From Pristiophorus japonicus (Eukaryota): a DNA stretch of 64,000 bases. The DNA lies in NCBI RefSeq assembly GCF_044704955.1, contig NC_091980.1, positions 130,262,001 through 130,326,000 of the forward strand. Direction: 5' to 3'. The position numbers and the translations under genes were made by a program. This document shows, in pieces, positions 33,045 through 58,883 of the stretch. The notes beneath the pieces were generated by a model. The model did no database searches and was not told the DNA's origin. It saw nothing but the letters and a program-made list of their open reading frames with translations. Every line of letters begins with the position of its first letter. Within the stretch, counting starts at the first letter, position 1.

Positions 33045-34540
33045 ACTGTGTTCTCCCTGTGGCCGAGGAACTCCGTCCGCAGTCACAGTGTGTATTTCGT
33101 CCCCTACGGGTAACAACGGACATGATCTTTGCAGCACGCCAATTGCAGGAAAAATGCAGGGAGCAACACCAGCCCTTATACATGGCATTTTTTGATCTTA
33201 TAAAGGCCTTTGAGACTGTCGACCGTGAGGGCTTATGGAGCGTCCTCCCTCCATTTTGGATACCCCCAAAAGTTTATCAACATTCTTCGCCTGCTCCACG
33301 TCGACATGCATGCCGTGATCCTTATCAGCGGATTTGTTACAGACCCATTCCACGTCCGAAGCTGGGTCAAACAGGGCTGCTTCATCGCTCCAAAGATTTT
33401 CTCAATCTTCCTCGCTGCTAACTCCACCTTACTGTCAACAAGCTTCCTGCTGGAGTGGAAATAATAGACAGAATCAGTGGGAAGCAGTTTAACCTATGCC
33501 CTCTCCAGACCAGTGCAAGACCACCCAAACCTCTGTCGTTGAACTGCAGTATGCGGACGACGCCTGCGTCTGCGCACATTCTGAGGCTGAACTCCAGGAT
33601 TTAGTCGATGTCGTCACTGAGGCATATGAAATCATGGGCCTTGCACTTAACATCCATAAGGGAAAGTGCCTCCATCAGCCTGTCTTCGCCGCACAGCACG
33701 GCCCCCCGGACATCAAGATTCACGGCGTGGCCCTCGACAATGTGGACCACTTCCCATACGGCATGAGCCTCCTGTCAACAAAGGCAGACATCGATGCGGA
33801 GATTCAATATCGCCTCCAGTGCGCCAGTGCAGCCTTCAGCTGCCTGAGGAAAGGAATGTTCGAAGACCAGGCCCTCAAAACTACCACCAAGCTCACGCTC
33901 TACAGGACTGTAGTAATACCCACCCTACTGTATGAATCAGAGGCATGGACGACTTACAGAAGGCACATCTCGTCGCTGGAGATATATCACCAAAGATGCC
34001 TCCGTAAGATGCTGTAAATTCCCTGGGAGGACAGATGCACCGACATCAGTGTCCTCGCGCAGGCTAACATCCCCAGCATTGAAGCACTAACCACATGCGA
34101 TCAGCTTTTCTGGGCAGGCCACTTAGTCCACATGCCAGACATGAGACTCCCTAAGCAACTGCTCTATCCGGAACTCCTTTATGGCAAACGAGCCAAAGTT
34201 AAGCAGCGGAAACGTTACAAGGACACCCTCAAAACCTCTCTGATGAAGTGCAACAGCACCACTGATGCCTGGGAGACTTTGGCCGAAGTCCATCCTAGTT
34301 GGAAAAAGTGTATCCGGGAGGGCGTTGAGCTCTTCGAATCTCAACGCTGCGAGCGTGAAGAGGTCAGGCAGTGGAAGGAAGGTGTGGTAAATCAGTGACA
34401 CCCACCCACTTCCCCCGACGAATATCTGTCCCATCTGTGACAGGGTCTGTGGCTTTCATGTTGGACTGTTCAGCCACCAACGAACTCACTTTAGGAGTGA
34501 AAGCAAGTCTTCCTCGATGCCGAGTGACTGTCTATGATGA
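33045..34540 (+). mobile_element. RTE-clade LINE, unit 2 copy with 3' end
   Basis: Same motifs plus a C-terminal CPICDRVCGFHVGLFSHQRTH and a TATGATGATG tail. Confidence 0.88.
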
Positions 34541-35545
34541 TGGGTTCAGCTGCAGGTATTCCTCGCACTGAGCTCAGAACTGCGCCAATGGTTAACACTC
34601 ATCTGTGCCTTTTTATCTCTAGAATTGACTATTTCAATGCTCTCCTGCTGGCCTTACATGCTCCATAAACTTAAGCTTATCCAAAACTCTGCTGCCCGTA
34701 TCCTAACACACACCTAGTCCCACTCACCCATGACCCCTGTGCTTGTGGACCATCATTGGCTCCCGGTCTGACAGCGCCTCAAATTCAAGATTCTTATCCT
34801 TGTATTAAATCCCACCATAGCCCTTCCCTCACCTCTTTTCCCAGCACATTGATAACATCGGTGCTGTTTCCTGCTCTCACAATAAACTGGAACATTTAAT
34901 TCACTATGTTCCCAATTTCCACCCTTCACTCACCTTCACATGGTCCATCTCGGTCACTTCACTTCCCTTTCTCGACTTCTCTGTCTATCGTCTCAGTCTA
35001 TCAGACAAATATCCAATGAGTTGTTTGGATGTTGCTTCAAACCCGCAGATACCTGCAAATGACCAACCTACTGAACAATCCAGAACTCTTAAAAAGACAC
35101 TGAATCGCAAACAACAGAGGATTCAATGAACCTTTCAAGGTGGCCATTAACTGGTCCAGGCAGAGCACGGTCGATAGGGTGTTCTCTCTGTCTGCCTGCC
35201 TTTGTTCCGTGGCTATATCCGTGCCCGGGTATCCCTGGATTGGGAGCACGCGGTGTCTGCCGGTATGCTTGAGGCTTTCCGTCATCGGAGGGCACCAGAG
35301 GGAGGGGAGCGCAGCGTGGATACAGGGAAATAGTGTAAATTTTTAAAGTTTTTATGTTAGTTTTGTCATAATGTGGATCTGACAGTTTATTCCCCCTTAT
35401 AAAGGGAGCACTTATGGTTTAAGTGTTTCCGATAGCTGAATTAAAATGCCCAAAGAATAGAGAATCCAATTAAACCTGTGACTCTGGATATTTGAACTGT
35501 GTTTGAGGAAAGTTCGGACAATTGAGATCCTCATTGAGATGTCAG

Positions 35546-35707
35546 CCAATGATGCTCATTCTTCGAAGATCTGATTGGCTCTGGGAGTCCATCTCCCTCC
35601 TCCCTTTACTTGATTGGTGCTCTGAGAAGATGCAACTTCTGATTGGGTATTGATGACTGTCACTCATCATCAAGAGTGCCACACCCTGGATTATCCCTCA
35701 GTATAAA
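35546..35707 (+). promoter_or_regulatory. Ferritin B2 promoter (CCAAT boxes, TATAAA 35702-35707)
   Basis: Near-identical to the B1 promoter. Confidence 0.65.
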
Positions 35708-35784
35708 TATTGGAGTTTGATATTAGTGAAATGTTATCTTTGTACTTCTAAAAAGTTTTTACTTTGGAAAAATAAAATATTAAG

Positions 35785-43914
<8,130 letters not shown>

Positions 43915-46900
43915 AGCTTCTGATCAGTACTCTTGTTTATACAATATGTGTGAGACTCTGTCCTACATAGAATGATGGCTTTGTACAGGCTGAGACCTGG
44001 GCTCTTGATGTGAAATGTAATCAACTGTAAATAAACTGTTCAATATTGGACTGGGTTTTGTCTCCTTGCAATTAGTGGTTGCTTATTTTCCATTTACCGT
44101 AACTTGTTTGCAGCACAAGTATTGCACTAGGCTATGCAACAATCATACATTGGCCTCCTGTGCTGTAACCACTCAGCTGGCTCTCCAAGAACACTTCAGC
44201 TAGTCCTACTCCCTTGCATTTTCCCTGTAGCCCTGCAATGTTTTTCCTTCATGTACTTGTTCAATCCTATGATTGAAACTGCTTTCACCACCCTCTCAGC
44301 CAGTGCAATCCAGATATTAACCATTCACTGCATAAAAGTTTATCCTCATGTCAGCTGTGGTACTTCTGCCAATTGTCTGAAATTTGTGTCTGCAGGTTCT
44401 CATCCCTTCTGCCAATGTGAACAGTCCTATAATTTTGCTCTTTGCTGGGATAATTTCAATATATTGACATTTTATATTCACAAACATAAATAGGAGCAGT
44501 TGTCGCCCATTTGCTCCTTGAATGGCGGTGCAGGCTTTAAATATGATCATAACTGATCCTTTACCACCACCATGTTCATGCTTTTACCCCGTAGCCCTTG
44601 ACTCCTTTTTTGAATCAAGATATCTCATCTCATCTTGTTAAATATATTCAATTGGGCTCCACTGCCTTCTGTAGTCAACAGCTTCCCCATCCTGACTGAA
44701 AACATTTCTCATCTCAGCGCTAAATTTCCTACTTCCTCCCCACATCCAATCTCTCCAAACCAGTCCAAATTTCATGATTCAATAAGATCCCCTTTCACTC
44801 TTGTGAATACAAGCCTGGTCAAGCCATTCTCTCTTTATACGACAATCTTTCCATCCAAGGAATCAGTCTGGTGGAACTTCGCTGTACTCTTTCTTGGTTA
44901 AGGAGACCCAAAACTGTGCACAATACACCAGGTGTCATTTCACCAAGGCAGTATATGATTGTAAGACATCCTTGCTCCTGTACTGTGGAAAAATTGTAAA
45001 TATTACATTTAGTTTCCTCCTCCAAATCTATTAATATATATGACTAGCTGGGGCCCAAGCACTGATCCCTGTGGTATCCCACTCGTCACTACCCACCACC
45101 CAGGAAAAGACCTGTTTAGTCCGACTCGGTTTTCTATCAATTAACCAATTTTCAATCCATGGCAGTATATTACACCCAATCCTATGTGCTTTAATTTTGC
45201 GCACTAACCTCTTGTGGGACTTTATCAAAGGCCTTCTGAAAATCCAAATACACGACACCCACTCGTTCTCCCTTATTTAATCTCCGTTACATCCTCAAAA
45301 AAATCTCCAGTAGGTTTGTCAAACCCTATGTTCTTTTCATAAATCCATATTGACTTTGTCTAATCCTGTTGATTTTTTCTAAGTGTCCCTTTATCACATT
45401 TTACTAATGTTAGGCTAACCAGGCTGCAGTTACCTGTTCTTTCTCCTTCCTTTTAAAAATAGTGGGGTTACATTTGCCACCCTCCATTCTGCAGCAACTG
45501 TTACATAATCTGTAGAAATTTGGAAGGTTGATAACCAATGCATCCACTATATCCATGGCTACCACTTTTAGTACTCTGGGATGCAGATTATCAGGCCATG
45601 GGGATTTATCAGCTTTCAGTCCCATTAGTTTCTCCAGCAGTATTTTGTTCCTAATAATCATTCCCTTTAATTTCTCTTGCTCACTGGACCCTTAGTTCCC
45701 TAGCATTTCTGGGATGTTATTTGGGTCCTCTTCTGTGAAGACAGAACCAAAGTATAATTGTTCTGCCATTTCCTTGTTCCCCATTATAAATTATCCCATT
45801 TGTGACTGTAAAGGACCTACATTTGTCTTCATTAATCTTTTCCTTTTTACATACTGAGAGAAACTTTTACAGTCGGTTTTTATGATCCTTGCAAATTTAG
45901 TCTCATACCCTATTTTCCCCCTCTTAAACAATCTCTTGGTCCTTTTTTGCTGAATACTAAACTGCTCCCAATCCTCAGGATTGCTACTTGTTCTGGCAAC
46001 TTTGTATGACTCCTCTTTGGATCTAATATTATGCTTATTTCTTGTGCAAACCATGGTTGGGCCACTTTTCCTTTTGTGTTTTTGCAGCAGAAAGGAATGT
46101 ATAATTGTTGCAATTCATGCATTTGTTCCTTAAATGTTAGCCATTGACTATGCACCATCATGCCTTTTAATGACTCTTACCAATCTATCATAGCCATTCC
46201 TCATACCTTTGTAGTTTGCTCTGTTTAGATTTAGGACCTAGTTTTGGATTGGACAACTTCACTTTCAATCTTCATGAAGAATTCAATCATGTTATGATCA
46301 TTCTTCCCTTAAGGACCCCGCACAAAAAGACTATTAATTAACCCCTTCTCATTGCACAATACCCAATCTACGATAGCTATTCAGACTTGTTGAAGACCTA
46401 ATTTCAATTGTACATATATGTAACATCTCAAAAATCTGGTTACTGTAAACTCACTCAGGTGCAACCTCATCCATCTTTATTCCAGCCCAAGAGTGTCAGT
46501 ATGACAAAGACACCCAGCTTATATACAGGTGATCAAGCACACATGCCACATGTGTACAGCCCGATGATCTCCGACTCCCAAGCATTAATACATCACAATA
46601 TATCTTGCAAATTCTATTCATGCATTTCAATCTAGCGTTGCAATGCTGTAATATAACAACTGAAAATGTTCACGTTTGTTCAGCCACATAAGGCAGTGGG
46701 ACCACAGATACAATTTAGTGTCTTAACAGAGGCAGAGAGGTTTACATAATAACATTTGTGTGCCATTTGGCACCTCGAGCCTGTTCTGCCATTCAGTAAA
46801 ATCATGACTGGTCTGATCTTGGTCTCAACACTTTCCTGCCTGTTCCCCACAACCCTTGACTCCCTTATTGTTCAAAAATCTATCTATCTCCACCTTAAAT

Positions 46901-48649
46901 GTATTCAATGATCCTGCCTACACACACACACACACAGACAGGACTGCGTGAGCGCCGCACTGTCAGAGGGGCATTACTGAGGGAGCGCCGCACTGTCAGA
47001 GGGGCAATAGTCACAGGATTTTGCACTGTCGGAGCGGCAGCACGAAGGGATTGCCACACTGTCTGAAGGGCAGTACTGAGGCATTGTTGCACAGACTCAT
47101 GTTTGATTCAGGTGGGTCAACTGTGCTCATTGGTGGCATCTCCCCTGAAAGGGTAGTGCCTGTGGTGTGATTGGTGGCTCCGGATCTGAATCACTGCCGC
47201 ACTCTCTGCCCCATCTAAAGCAGAGTTTTGATCCAAGGGAACACCTCTCATCAGCTCATCGAGGACTGAACCACTTCTGCACTGAAACCAGACGTCATGG
47301 CTTTGGATCTCCGAGATACACCAGCATGAAAGGTCAATGACCAGAGGGGAGAGATGAGGACGATTATTTTAACGCAGGGAGTCGTTGTGATCCGGAACGC
47401 GCTGCCTGAAAGGGTGGTGGAATCAGATTCAACAGTAACTTTGAAGAGGGAATTGCATATATACTTGACAAAAGTTGCAGGGCTATGGGGAAGGAGCTGA
47501 GGAGTGGGAAGAATTGGATCGCTCTTACAAAGTGCCTGCACAGGCACGATGGGCCGAATGGCCTCTTTCTGTGCTGATAGGATCTATGATGAGCCAGATA
47601 TTAAGAGCACTTCTGAGCCTCATCATTTCAATCAGATTTAAATATTCATCATTTCAATCAGATTTAAATATTCATCATTTCGATCAGATTTAAATATTCT
47701 TTCGCCTCACTGAAAGCCGACTGTAAAAGGACTCGTCTAACACATCAAATTGAGGGGCAGGAATAGACCAGCTGGTCCATCAAGCCTGCCCCAAAACACG
47801 CCGGAGCAAATCATAGAATCATAGAATGGTTTCAGCACAGAGGGAGGCCATTCGGCCCGTCGAGCCTGTGCCGGCTCTCTGCAAGAGCACTTCAGCTAGT
47901 CCCACTCCCACGCCCTTCCCCCACAACCCTGCTAATAATTTTTCCTTCAGGTACTTATCCAATTTCCTTTTGAAAGCCACGATTGAGTCTACCCCCACCA
48001 CCCTCTCAGGCATTGCATTCCAGATTCCAACCACTCGCTGTGTAAACATGTCGCCTTTGTTCTTTTGCCAGTCACTTTAAATCTGTGTCCTCTGGTTCTC
48101 GACCCTTCGCCAATGGGAACAGTTCCTGTCTATCGACTCTGTCCAGACACCTCATGATTTTGAATCCCTCTATCAAATGGAGATGTGGGTGACAATGTGT
48201 TCAGTAATGTTCACTCCCTCTCATTCTCACTCAATATATTGAATTTTACCAGGCATCATTCCATGAGAATAAAAATGACAGATCGTTGATGCCCCCATGT
48301 AGCCAATCCTCAGACACATGCCCATTCTCTATATTCGAACTGGGGGCAGTTCACACCACCCACAGGATGGAATTCCCATTCCACTGGCCAATGCTTGGTT
48401 TGTAAATGCACCAAGAAGACTTGATTGCTTTGAATATTGTCTCAGTGCCACAGAAACTTGCAAGTAACAAACTTCGCCAGATTATGAAAAACCCCTTTGG
48501 CGAAAGTAGAAAATTATCATTTCATTCAAGTGAGAGCGTGAAACAACGGCACACTTTCAGATTTGAAGAGGTTCAAGGAACCCAAAGTCAGTGACATCAC
48601 CAAGACTGATCTCCCCCAGCACCCTCCCCCAAACCCCCTCTCCTCTGTT

Positions 48650-48756
48650 AATTGGTGCCTCAATTCAGGGAAGATTCCTGATTGGCTCTGAGGGATTTTC
48701 AATCATCATTGGTGATGTCATATCCTATTTGAATGCAGCTGTTCCATTAGTATAAA
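48650..48756 (+). promoter_or_regulatory. Ferritin A3 promoter (TATAAA 48751-48756; proximal CCAAT changed to CCATT)
   Basis: Homologous to the A2 promoter. Confidence 0.6.
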
Positions 48757-48826
48757 TACAGGAGCTTGTGCAAGACTGTGTGAGTTCCGGAACTTTGCAG
48801 AGGATAGTGAGATATAGATAGTGAAG

Positions 48827-51373
<2,547 letters not shown>

Positions 51374-53109
51374 ACCGACTGGGCTCAAGCTTATTGTGTT
51401 TTGTACTTGTATTTATATAATCAGGCCCCTATCCTGTAGGGAATGAAGGCTTGTGACTTTGTACAAAAAGAGCTGAAACCCATAACAGTAAATAAACTGT
51501 TCAACATTGGGCTGTGTTTTGTTGCCTTGTAAGTTTAAGTGGTTACTTATTTTTCATTTAACAGAAATTGGTTTCCATCAAACAAGAATTACACTGAGCT
51601 GTGCAACATTTATATGGGATTCAGTCCTATGAAATGTGTTTTCCCCTTGTGTAATGTCTATGTATTGACTGGGCCATTCAGGCACCTGTTATAAGATCTA
51701 AAATGTTCAATGGTGTGTTTAGACAACTGGCAGCCCTATGGGATATTGGCCCAGTGACAAAGTCTGGTCAGAGGTATGTATTGAGAAGGTAGAGATGTTT
51801 TGGAAGGTATCTTGGGACTGATAAGCTGTATACAATTACCTGTTCCAACGATCTATCTTTGTACAAATGACAATTCAATCCAACAAGATGTAACATCTGC
51901 TAAACTCAGGGCCAATTTGCCAGTAATTCATTGTTGCACCATTTCAGTCCAATGAAGAAAAAGTCCTGGATTCGCTTCCTATTTAGTCTCTCTGCCTTGT
52001 GAATGAACAGCAGTTTGTATTCAATAGCTGCAACAGATCCATTTCAGTTATCCAGCTGGTTCAGTAAAGGGACTCATCAATGCTGCTATAGGCTTGCAGT
52101 TAAGCTTTGTAGACAGAAAAGCAATATCTCAGCACATTGAACTCCGGGCACTACAATTGGGTGAGGAGGGAAAGCAACAGCTGTCATAACTTCAGTGCTT
52201 AGTGTGGATACTCTAGTGGTTCTGGAACAGCTTCTCTTCTGCCAGCTCCCATCATGGTTGAATAACTTACCAACACAACCTCCATTCACATGAATAAGGA
52301 ATTGGGTAAGGTATCGCAAGACTAATGATACTCTAACAACATTTAATAGTTGGTGAAGGAGTAAATGTATTTAATTCCACAAAGCAAAAGGCACAAGATG
52401 TCAAACCCATTTCTGGCCACAATACTCAATTATAAGCCTATCAATTTTTTTTGTTATTACCATTGTGAATTTCATTACTTTCACCCTGGATTAGATCTCC
52501 ATTTCTCTCCTTCGTGGCGATGAATGGATACAAATGGTATTGCTGCAGTTCCAATAATCCAGTGTTTACAAGTTATTTTTAGGAATTTAGCTGAGAACTG
52601 TGTTTGCAATTAAATTGCGAAGTACAGATATTCCACGTTCATGTCTTGGCAACACTCAAGCGCCTTTCGGATATCGATGTTACAAAATGTCATATTGATG
52701 AGTCACAGTTCCACGAGTCGGCCTGGGTTTGCGTGTTGAAGAATTTGATAGCTTCATGTATCAACAACTTTCCAGCTCACTCGATGTGAAACTTTACAGG
52801 TGCTCGTATTTTGAGAATTTCTTACAATTTACAGCACAGGAAAAATATCATTTGGGCCAACTTGCCCATGTTGTTGTTTATGCTCCATATGAAACCTGTC
52901 CCACCCCACTTCATCGAGACCTATTAGCATATCCTTCTATTCCTTTCTCCCTTGTGTTTATCGAGCTTTCCCTTAAATGCATCTATGCTCTTTGCATTCA
53001 GAGTTATTACTGCGGGTAGCTCAGTAAACGCACCGCTGCTGCTGTGGATTTTCTGTTAAGCTGTGTGGGTAAAGAAGTGAGTAACAGCTATAGAGACCCG
53101 CAATGTTTG

Positions 53110-55702
53110 AGATCAAGGAAAGCATTTATTGTCCGTCACTAATTGCTTTTGAGAAGGTGCTGGTCAGCCATATTCTTGAACCGCTGCAGTCTTGTGGAGA
53201 AGGTACTCCAACAGTGCTTTTCGGGAGGGAGTTCCTGGATTTTGCTGCAGTGACGAAAAAGGAATGGTGATATATTTCCAAGTCAGGTTGGTGTGTAACG
53301 TGGAGGTGAACTTGCAGGCGATAGTATTCCCAAACTTCTGCTGCCCTTGTCCTTCTAATTGCTAGAGCTCGTGGGATGGCTTGTGCTGCTGAAAAAGCCT
53401 TGGCGAGTTGCTGCAGTGCATCTTGTCGATGGTACACACTGCAGCCATGGTGCACCGGTGGTGGAAGCAGTGAATGTGGAAGGTGGTGGATGGGGTGCCA
53501 ATCAAGTGGCCTGTTTTGTCCTGGATGGTGTCGAGCTTCTTGATGATTGCTGAAGCTGCACTCAGCCAGTCAAGTGGAGAGTATTCCACCACACACCTGA
53601 CTTGTGCCTTGTCGATGCTGGAAAGACTTTAGGGTGTCAGGAGGTGAGACACTCCCTGCAAAATACCCAGCCTCTGGCCTGCTCTTATTACCACAGTATT
53701 TATGCAGCCGGGCTAGTTCAGTTCCTGATCAGCGATCACTCCCCAGGGGTTAAAGCCGGGGAATTTAGTGGCAGTGAATGTTAAGGGCAGGTGGTTAGAC
53801 TATCACTTTTTGCAGATAGCCATTGCCTGGCACTTGTGTGCTGCCATTGTTACTTGCCCATTATCAGCCCCACACTGAATGTCATCCAGGTCTTGCTGCA
53901 TGTGGGCATGGACTGCTTCATTTTCTGATGTCTTGCAAATGGAACAGAACACTGTGTAATCATCAGCAAACATTCCCACTTCTGGCCTTTATGATGGAGG
54001 GAAGTTCATTGATGAAGCAGCTTAAGATAGTTGGGCCAAGGACACTGCCCTGAGGTATTCCTGCAGCGATGTCCTGGGGCTGAGATGATTAACCTCCAAC
54101 AACCACTTCCTTAGTGCTAGATATGAGTCCAGCTCATCGAGAATTTTCTATATTCGCATCGACTTCAATTTTACAAGGGCTACTTGATGCCGCACTGCAT
54201 CAGATGCTGCCTTGCTGTGAAAGGCAGTCACTCTCACCTCAACTGGAATTCAACTCCTTTGTACAGGTTTGGACCAAGGCTGCAATGAGATCAAGAGCCG
54301 AGTGGTCCTGGCACAACCCAAACTGGGCATCGGTGAGCAGATTATTGGCGACAAAATCTTCCCTCACTTTGCTGATGATTGAGTGTAGACTGATGGGGTG
54401 GTAATTGGCCTGAATGGATTTGTCCTGCTTTTTCTGGACAGGACGTACCAGGGCAATTTTTCACATTGTCGGGTAGATGCCAGTGTCTCTGTACTGGAAC
54501 AGCTTGGCTAGAGGTGTGGCCATAAATTTACAGATTGTGGTGCAATACAATTCTGCAGTTGCTGATGACCCACAGTGCCTCATGGATGACCAGTTTTGAG
54601 CTGCTAGATCTGTTTTGGATCTATTCCATTTAACACTGTGGTCAAGCCAGTCACCACGAAGGAGGGTGTCCTCAGTGTGAAGACAAGACTTTGTCTCCAC
54701 AAGAACTGTGTGGTGGTCACTGCTACCAATACTGTCATGGACAGATGAATCTGTGACAGGTAGATTGCTGAGGGCAAGATCAGTCGGTTTTTCCCTTGTG
54801 TTGATTTTCTCACCATCTGTCGGAAGCTCAATCTGGATGCTATGTCCTTCAGGACTCAGCCCGCTTGCTCAGTGCTACCGAGCCCCTCTTGGTGATGGAC
54901 ATTGAAGCCTATTGCTATATCAGTGCTTCTTCCAAGTGGCCTTCAACATGGAGGTGTACTGATTCATCAGCTGAGGGAGGGTGGTAGGTGGTAATCAGCA
55001 GGAGGTTTCCATGTCCAAGCTTGACCTAAACCCATGAGACTTGATAGGGTCCAGATTAAATGTTCAGGACTCCTATCGCTACTCCCTCCCGACTGTATGC
55101 CACTGAGCCGCCACTTCTGGTGTGTCTGCCCTTCTGGTGGGACAGGACATACGCAGGGATGGTGAAGGAGGAATCTGGGACATTGGCCGAAAGGTATGAT
55201 TCTGTGATTATGACTATGTCAGGATGTTGCTTGACTAACCTGTGAGACAGCTCTCCCCATTTAGGCACAAGATACCAGATATTAGTGAGGAGGACTTTGC
55301 AGGGTCGACTGGGCTGGGTGTACCATTGTCAAGTCAGAAGCCGGTGCCGAGGTCAATGCCGGGTTGTCCATCCTGTTTTATTCGAATTATTGTTTCTCGT
55401 GACGGTTTGTTATAACTGATCAGCTTGCTTGGCCATTTCAGAGGGCAGTTAAGACTCAACCACATTGCTTTGGGTTTGGAGTCATATCGGCCAGATTTCC
55501 TTCCTGAAGGACATTAGTGAAGCAGATTGGTTTTTATGACAATCCGATAGCTCCCTGGGCAACATTACTGATACTAGCCTTTTATTCCAGATTTTAATTT
55601 AATTAACTGAATTTCAATTCCCCAGCTGCCGTGGTGGGACTTTGGATTATTAGTCCAGGCCTCTGAATTACTTGTCCAGTAACTTAACCACGATGTTACC
55701 GC
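53110..55702 (-). mobile_element. CR1-group LINE, unit 3 copy
   Basis: Colinear with 4560-7147. Confidence 0.8.
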
Positions 55703-56387
55703 ACTCTTTGCATCTCTCAATGGCACTTTTGGGCTATCGATGTCACCACAATTCATACATTGATGAGTCACAATTCTACAAGTCATGTTGGGTTTTGCGT
55801 GCTGATGAGTTTCACGGCTTCATGTTTCAGATAAAACAAATTATTCAGCTCACTCAATGTGAAAAACTTTACAGATGCCCTTGTTTTAAGAATTACATAG
55901 AATTTACAGCACAGAAAAAGGCCATTCAGCCTGGCAAATTGCAGTGGTGAGCGATCCTTCTTGAACGTAAAATGTATCTAGGATGAGGTGAGGAACCGAA
56001 TGAGACAAGATCGATTTAATTGTCTTTCAATCATGAGCATGGAGAGCGAAGTACTGAGAGGACTTGATTCACACACTGAGCCTCCTCCCAACTTCATTTA
56101 ACCCTATCAGCATATCCTGCCAATCCTTCCTCCCTCATTTGTTTATCCAGCTTCACCTTAAACGCGTCTATGCTTTTTGTCTCAACTATTCCTTTTGATA
56201 GCGAGTTAAAAATTCTGAACACTCTCTGAGTAAAGAAGTTTCTTTGAAGTCTCTCTTAGATTATTAATTCTAACTTTCTATATAATTCTATGGAGATCAG
56301 AACTGTGCGCAATACTCCAAGTGTTGTCTAGCCAAGGTTCTGTATAAATTTAACATGCTGCACAGGGATGTGGTTCAGTTCACCTCA

Positions 56388-57880
56388 ACTGTGTTCTCCC
56401 TGTGGCCGAGGAGCTCCGTCCGGAGTCACAGTGTGTATTTCGTCCCCTACGGGTAACAACGGACATGATCTTTGCAGCACGCCAATTGCAGGAAATATGC
56501 AGGGAGCAACGCCAGCCCTTATACATGGCATTTTTCGATCTTATAAAGGCCTTTGAGACTGTCGACCGTGAGGGCTTATGGAGCGTCCTCCCTCCATTTT
56601 GGATACCCCCAAAAGTTTATCAACATTCTTCGCCTGCTCCACGTCGACATGCATGCCGTGATCCTTATCAGCGGATTTGTTACAGACCCATTCCACGTCC
56701 GAAGCTGGGTCAAACAGGGCTGCTTCATCGCTCCAAAGATTTTCTCAATCTTCCTCGCTGCCAACTCCACCTTACTGTCAACAAGCTTCCTGCTGGAGTG
56801 CAATTAAACTACAGAATCAGTGGGAAGCAGTTTAACCTATGCCCTCTCCAGACCAGTGCAAGACCACCCAAACCTCTGTCGTTGAACTGCAGTATGCGGA
56901 CGACGCCTGCGTCTGCGCACATTCTGAGGCTGACAGGATTTAGTCGATGTCGTCACTGAGGCATATGAAATCATGGGCCTTGCACTTAACATCCATAAGG
57001 GAAAGTGCCTCCATCAGCCTGTCTTCGCCGCACAGCACGGCCCCCAGACATCAAGATTCACGGCGTGGCCCTCGACAATGTGGATCACTTCCCATACCGC
57101 GGGAGCCTGCTGTCAACAAAGGCAGACATCGATGCGGAGATTCAATATCGCCTCCAGTGCACCAGTGCAGCCTTCGGCTGCCTGAGGAAAGGAGTGTTCG
57201 AAGACCAGGCCCTCAAACCTACCACCAAGCTCACGCTCTACAGGACTGTAGTAATACCCACCCTACTGTATGGATCAGAGGCATGGACGACTTACAGAAG
57301 GCACATCTCGTCGCTGGAGATATATCACCAAAGATGCCTCCGTAACATGCTCTAAATTCCCTGGGAGGACAGATGCACCGACATCAGTGTCCTCGCGCAG
57401 GCTAACATCCCCAGCATTGAAGCACTAACCACATGCGATCAGCTTTTCTGGGCAGGCCACTTAGTCCACATGCCAGACATGAGACTCTCTAAGCAACTGC
57501 TCTATGCGGAACTCCTTTATGGCAAACGAGCCAAAGTTAAGCAGCGGAAACGTTACAAGGACACCCTCAAAACCTCTCTGATGAAGTGCGACAGCACCAC
57601 TGATGCCTGGGAGACTCTGGCCGAAGTCCATCCTAGTTGGAAAAAGTGTATCCGGGAGGGTGTTGAGCTCTTCGAATCTCAACGCTGCGAACGTGAAGAG
57701 GTCAGGCAGCGGAAGGAAGGTGTGGTAAATCAGTGACACCCACCCCCTTCCCCCGATGAATATCTGTCCCATCTGTGACAGGGTCTGTGGCTTTCATGTT
57801 GGACTGTTCAGCCACCAACGAACTCACTTTAGGAGTGAAAGCAAGTCTTCCTCGATGCCGAGTGACTGCCTATGATGATG
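56388..57880 (+). mobile_element. RTE-clade LINE, unit 3 copy with 3' end
   Basis: As in unit 2. Confidence 0.88.
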
Positions 57881-58883
57881 GGTTCAGCTGCAGGTATTCC
57901 TCGCACTGAGCTCAGAACTGCGCCAATGGTTAACACTCATCTGTGCCTTTTTATCTCTAGAATTGACTATTTCAATGCTCTCCTGCTGGCCTTACATGCT
58001 CCATAAACTTAAGCTTATCCAAAACTCTGCTGCCCGTATCCTAACACACACCTAGTCTCACTCACCCATGACCCCTGTGCTTGTGGACCATCATTGGCTC
58101 CCGGTCTGACAGCGCCTCAAATTCAAGATTCTTATCCTCGTATTAAATCCCACCATAGCCCTTCCCTCACCTCTTTTCCCAGCACATTGATAATATCGGT
58201 GCTGTTTCCTGCTCTCACAATAAACTGGAACATTTAATTCACTATGTTCCCAATTTCCACCCTTCACTCACCTTCACATGGTTCATCTTGGTCACTTCAA
58301 TTCCCTTTCTCGACTTCTCTGTCTATCATCTCAGTCTATCAGACAAATATCCAATGAGTTGTTTGGATGTTGCTTCAAACCCGCAGATACCTGCAAATGA
58401 CCAACCAACTGAACAATCCAGAACTCTTAAAAAGACACTGAATCGCAAACAACAGAGGATTCAATGAATCTTTCAAGGTGGCCATTAACTGGTCCAGGCA
58501 GAGCACGGTCGATAGGGTGTTCTCTCTGTCTGCCTGCCTTTGTTCCGCGGCTATATCCGTGCCCGGGTATCCCTGGATTGGGAGCACGCGGTGTCTGCCG
58601 GTATGCTTGAGGCTTTCCGTCATCGGAGGGCACCAGAGGGAGGGGAGCGCAGAGTGAATACAGGGAAATAGTGTAAATTTTTTAAGTTTTTATGTTAGTT
58701 TTGTCATAATGTGGATCTGACAGTTTATTTCCCCTTATAAAGGGAGCACTTATGGTTTAAGTGTTTCCGATAGCTGAATTAAAATGCCCAAAGAATAGAG
58801 AATCCAATTAAACCTGTGACTCTGGATATTTGAACTGTGTTTGAGGAAAGTTCGGACAATTGAGATCCTCATTGAGATGTCAG

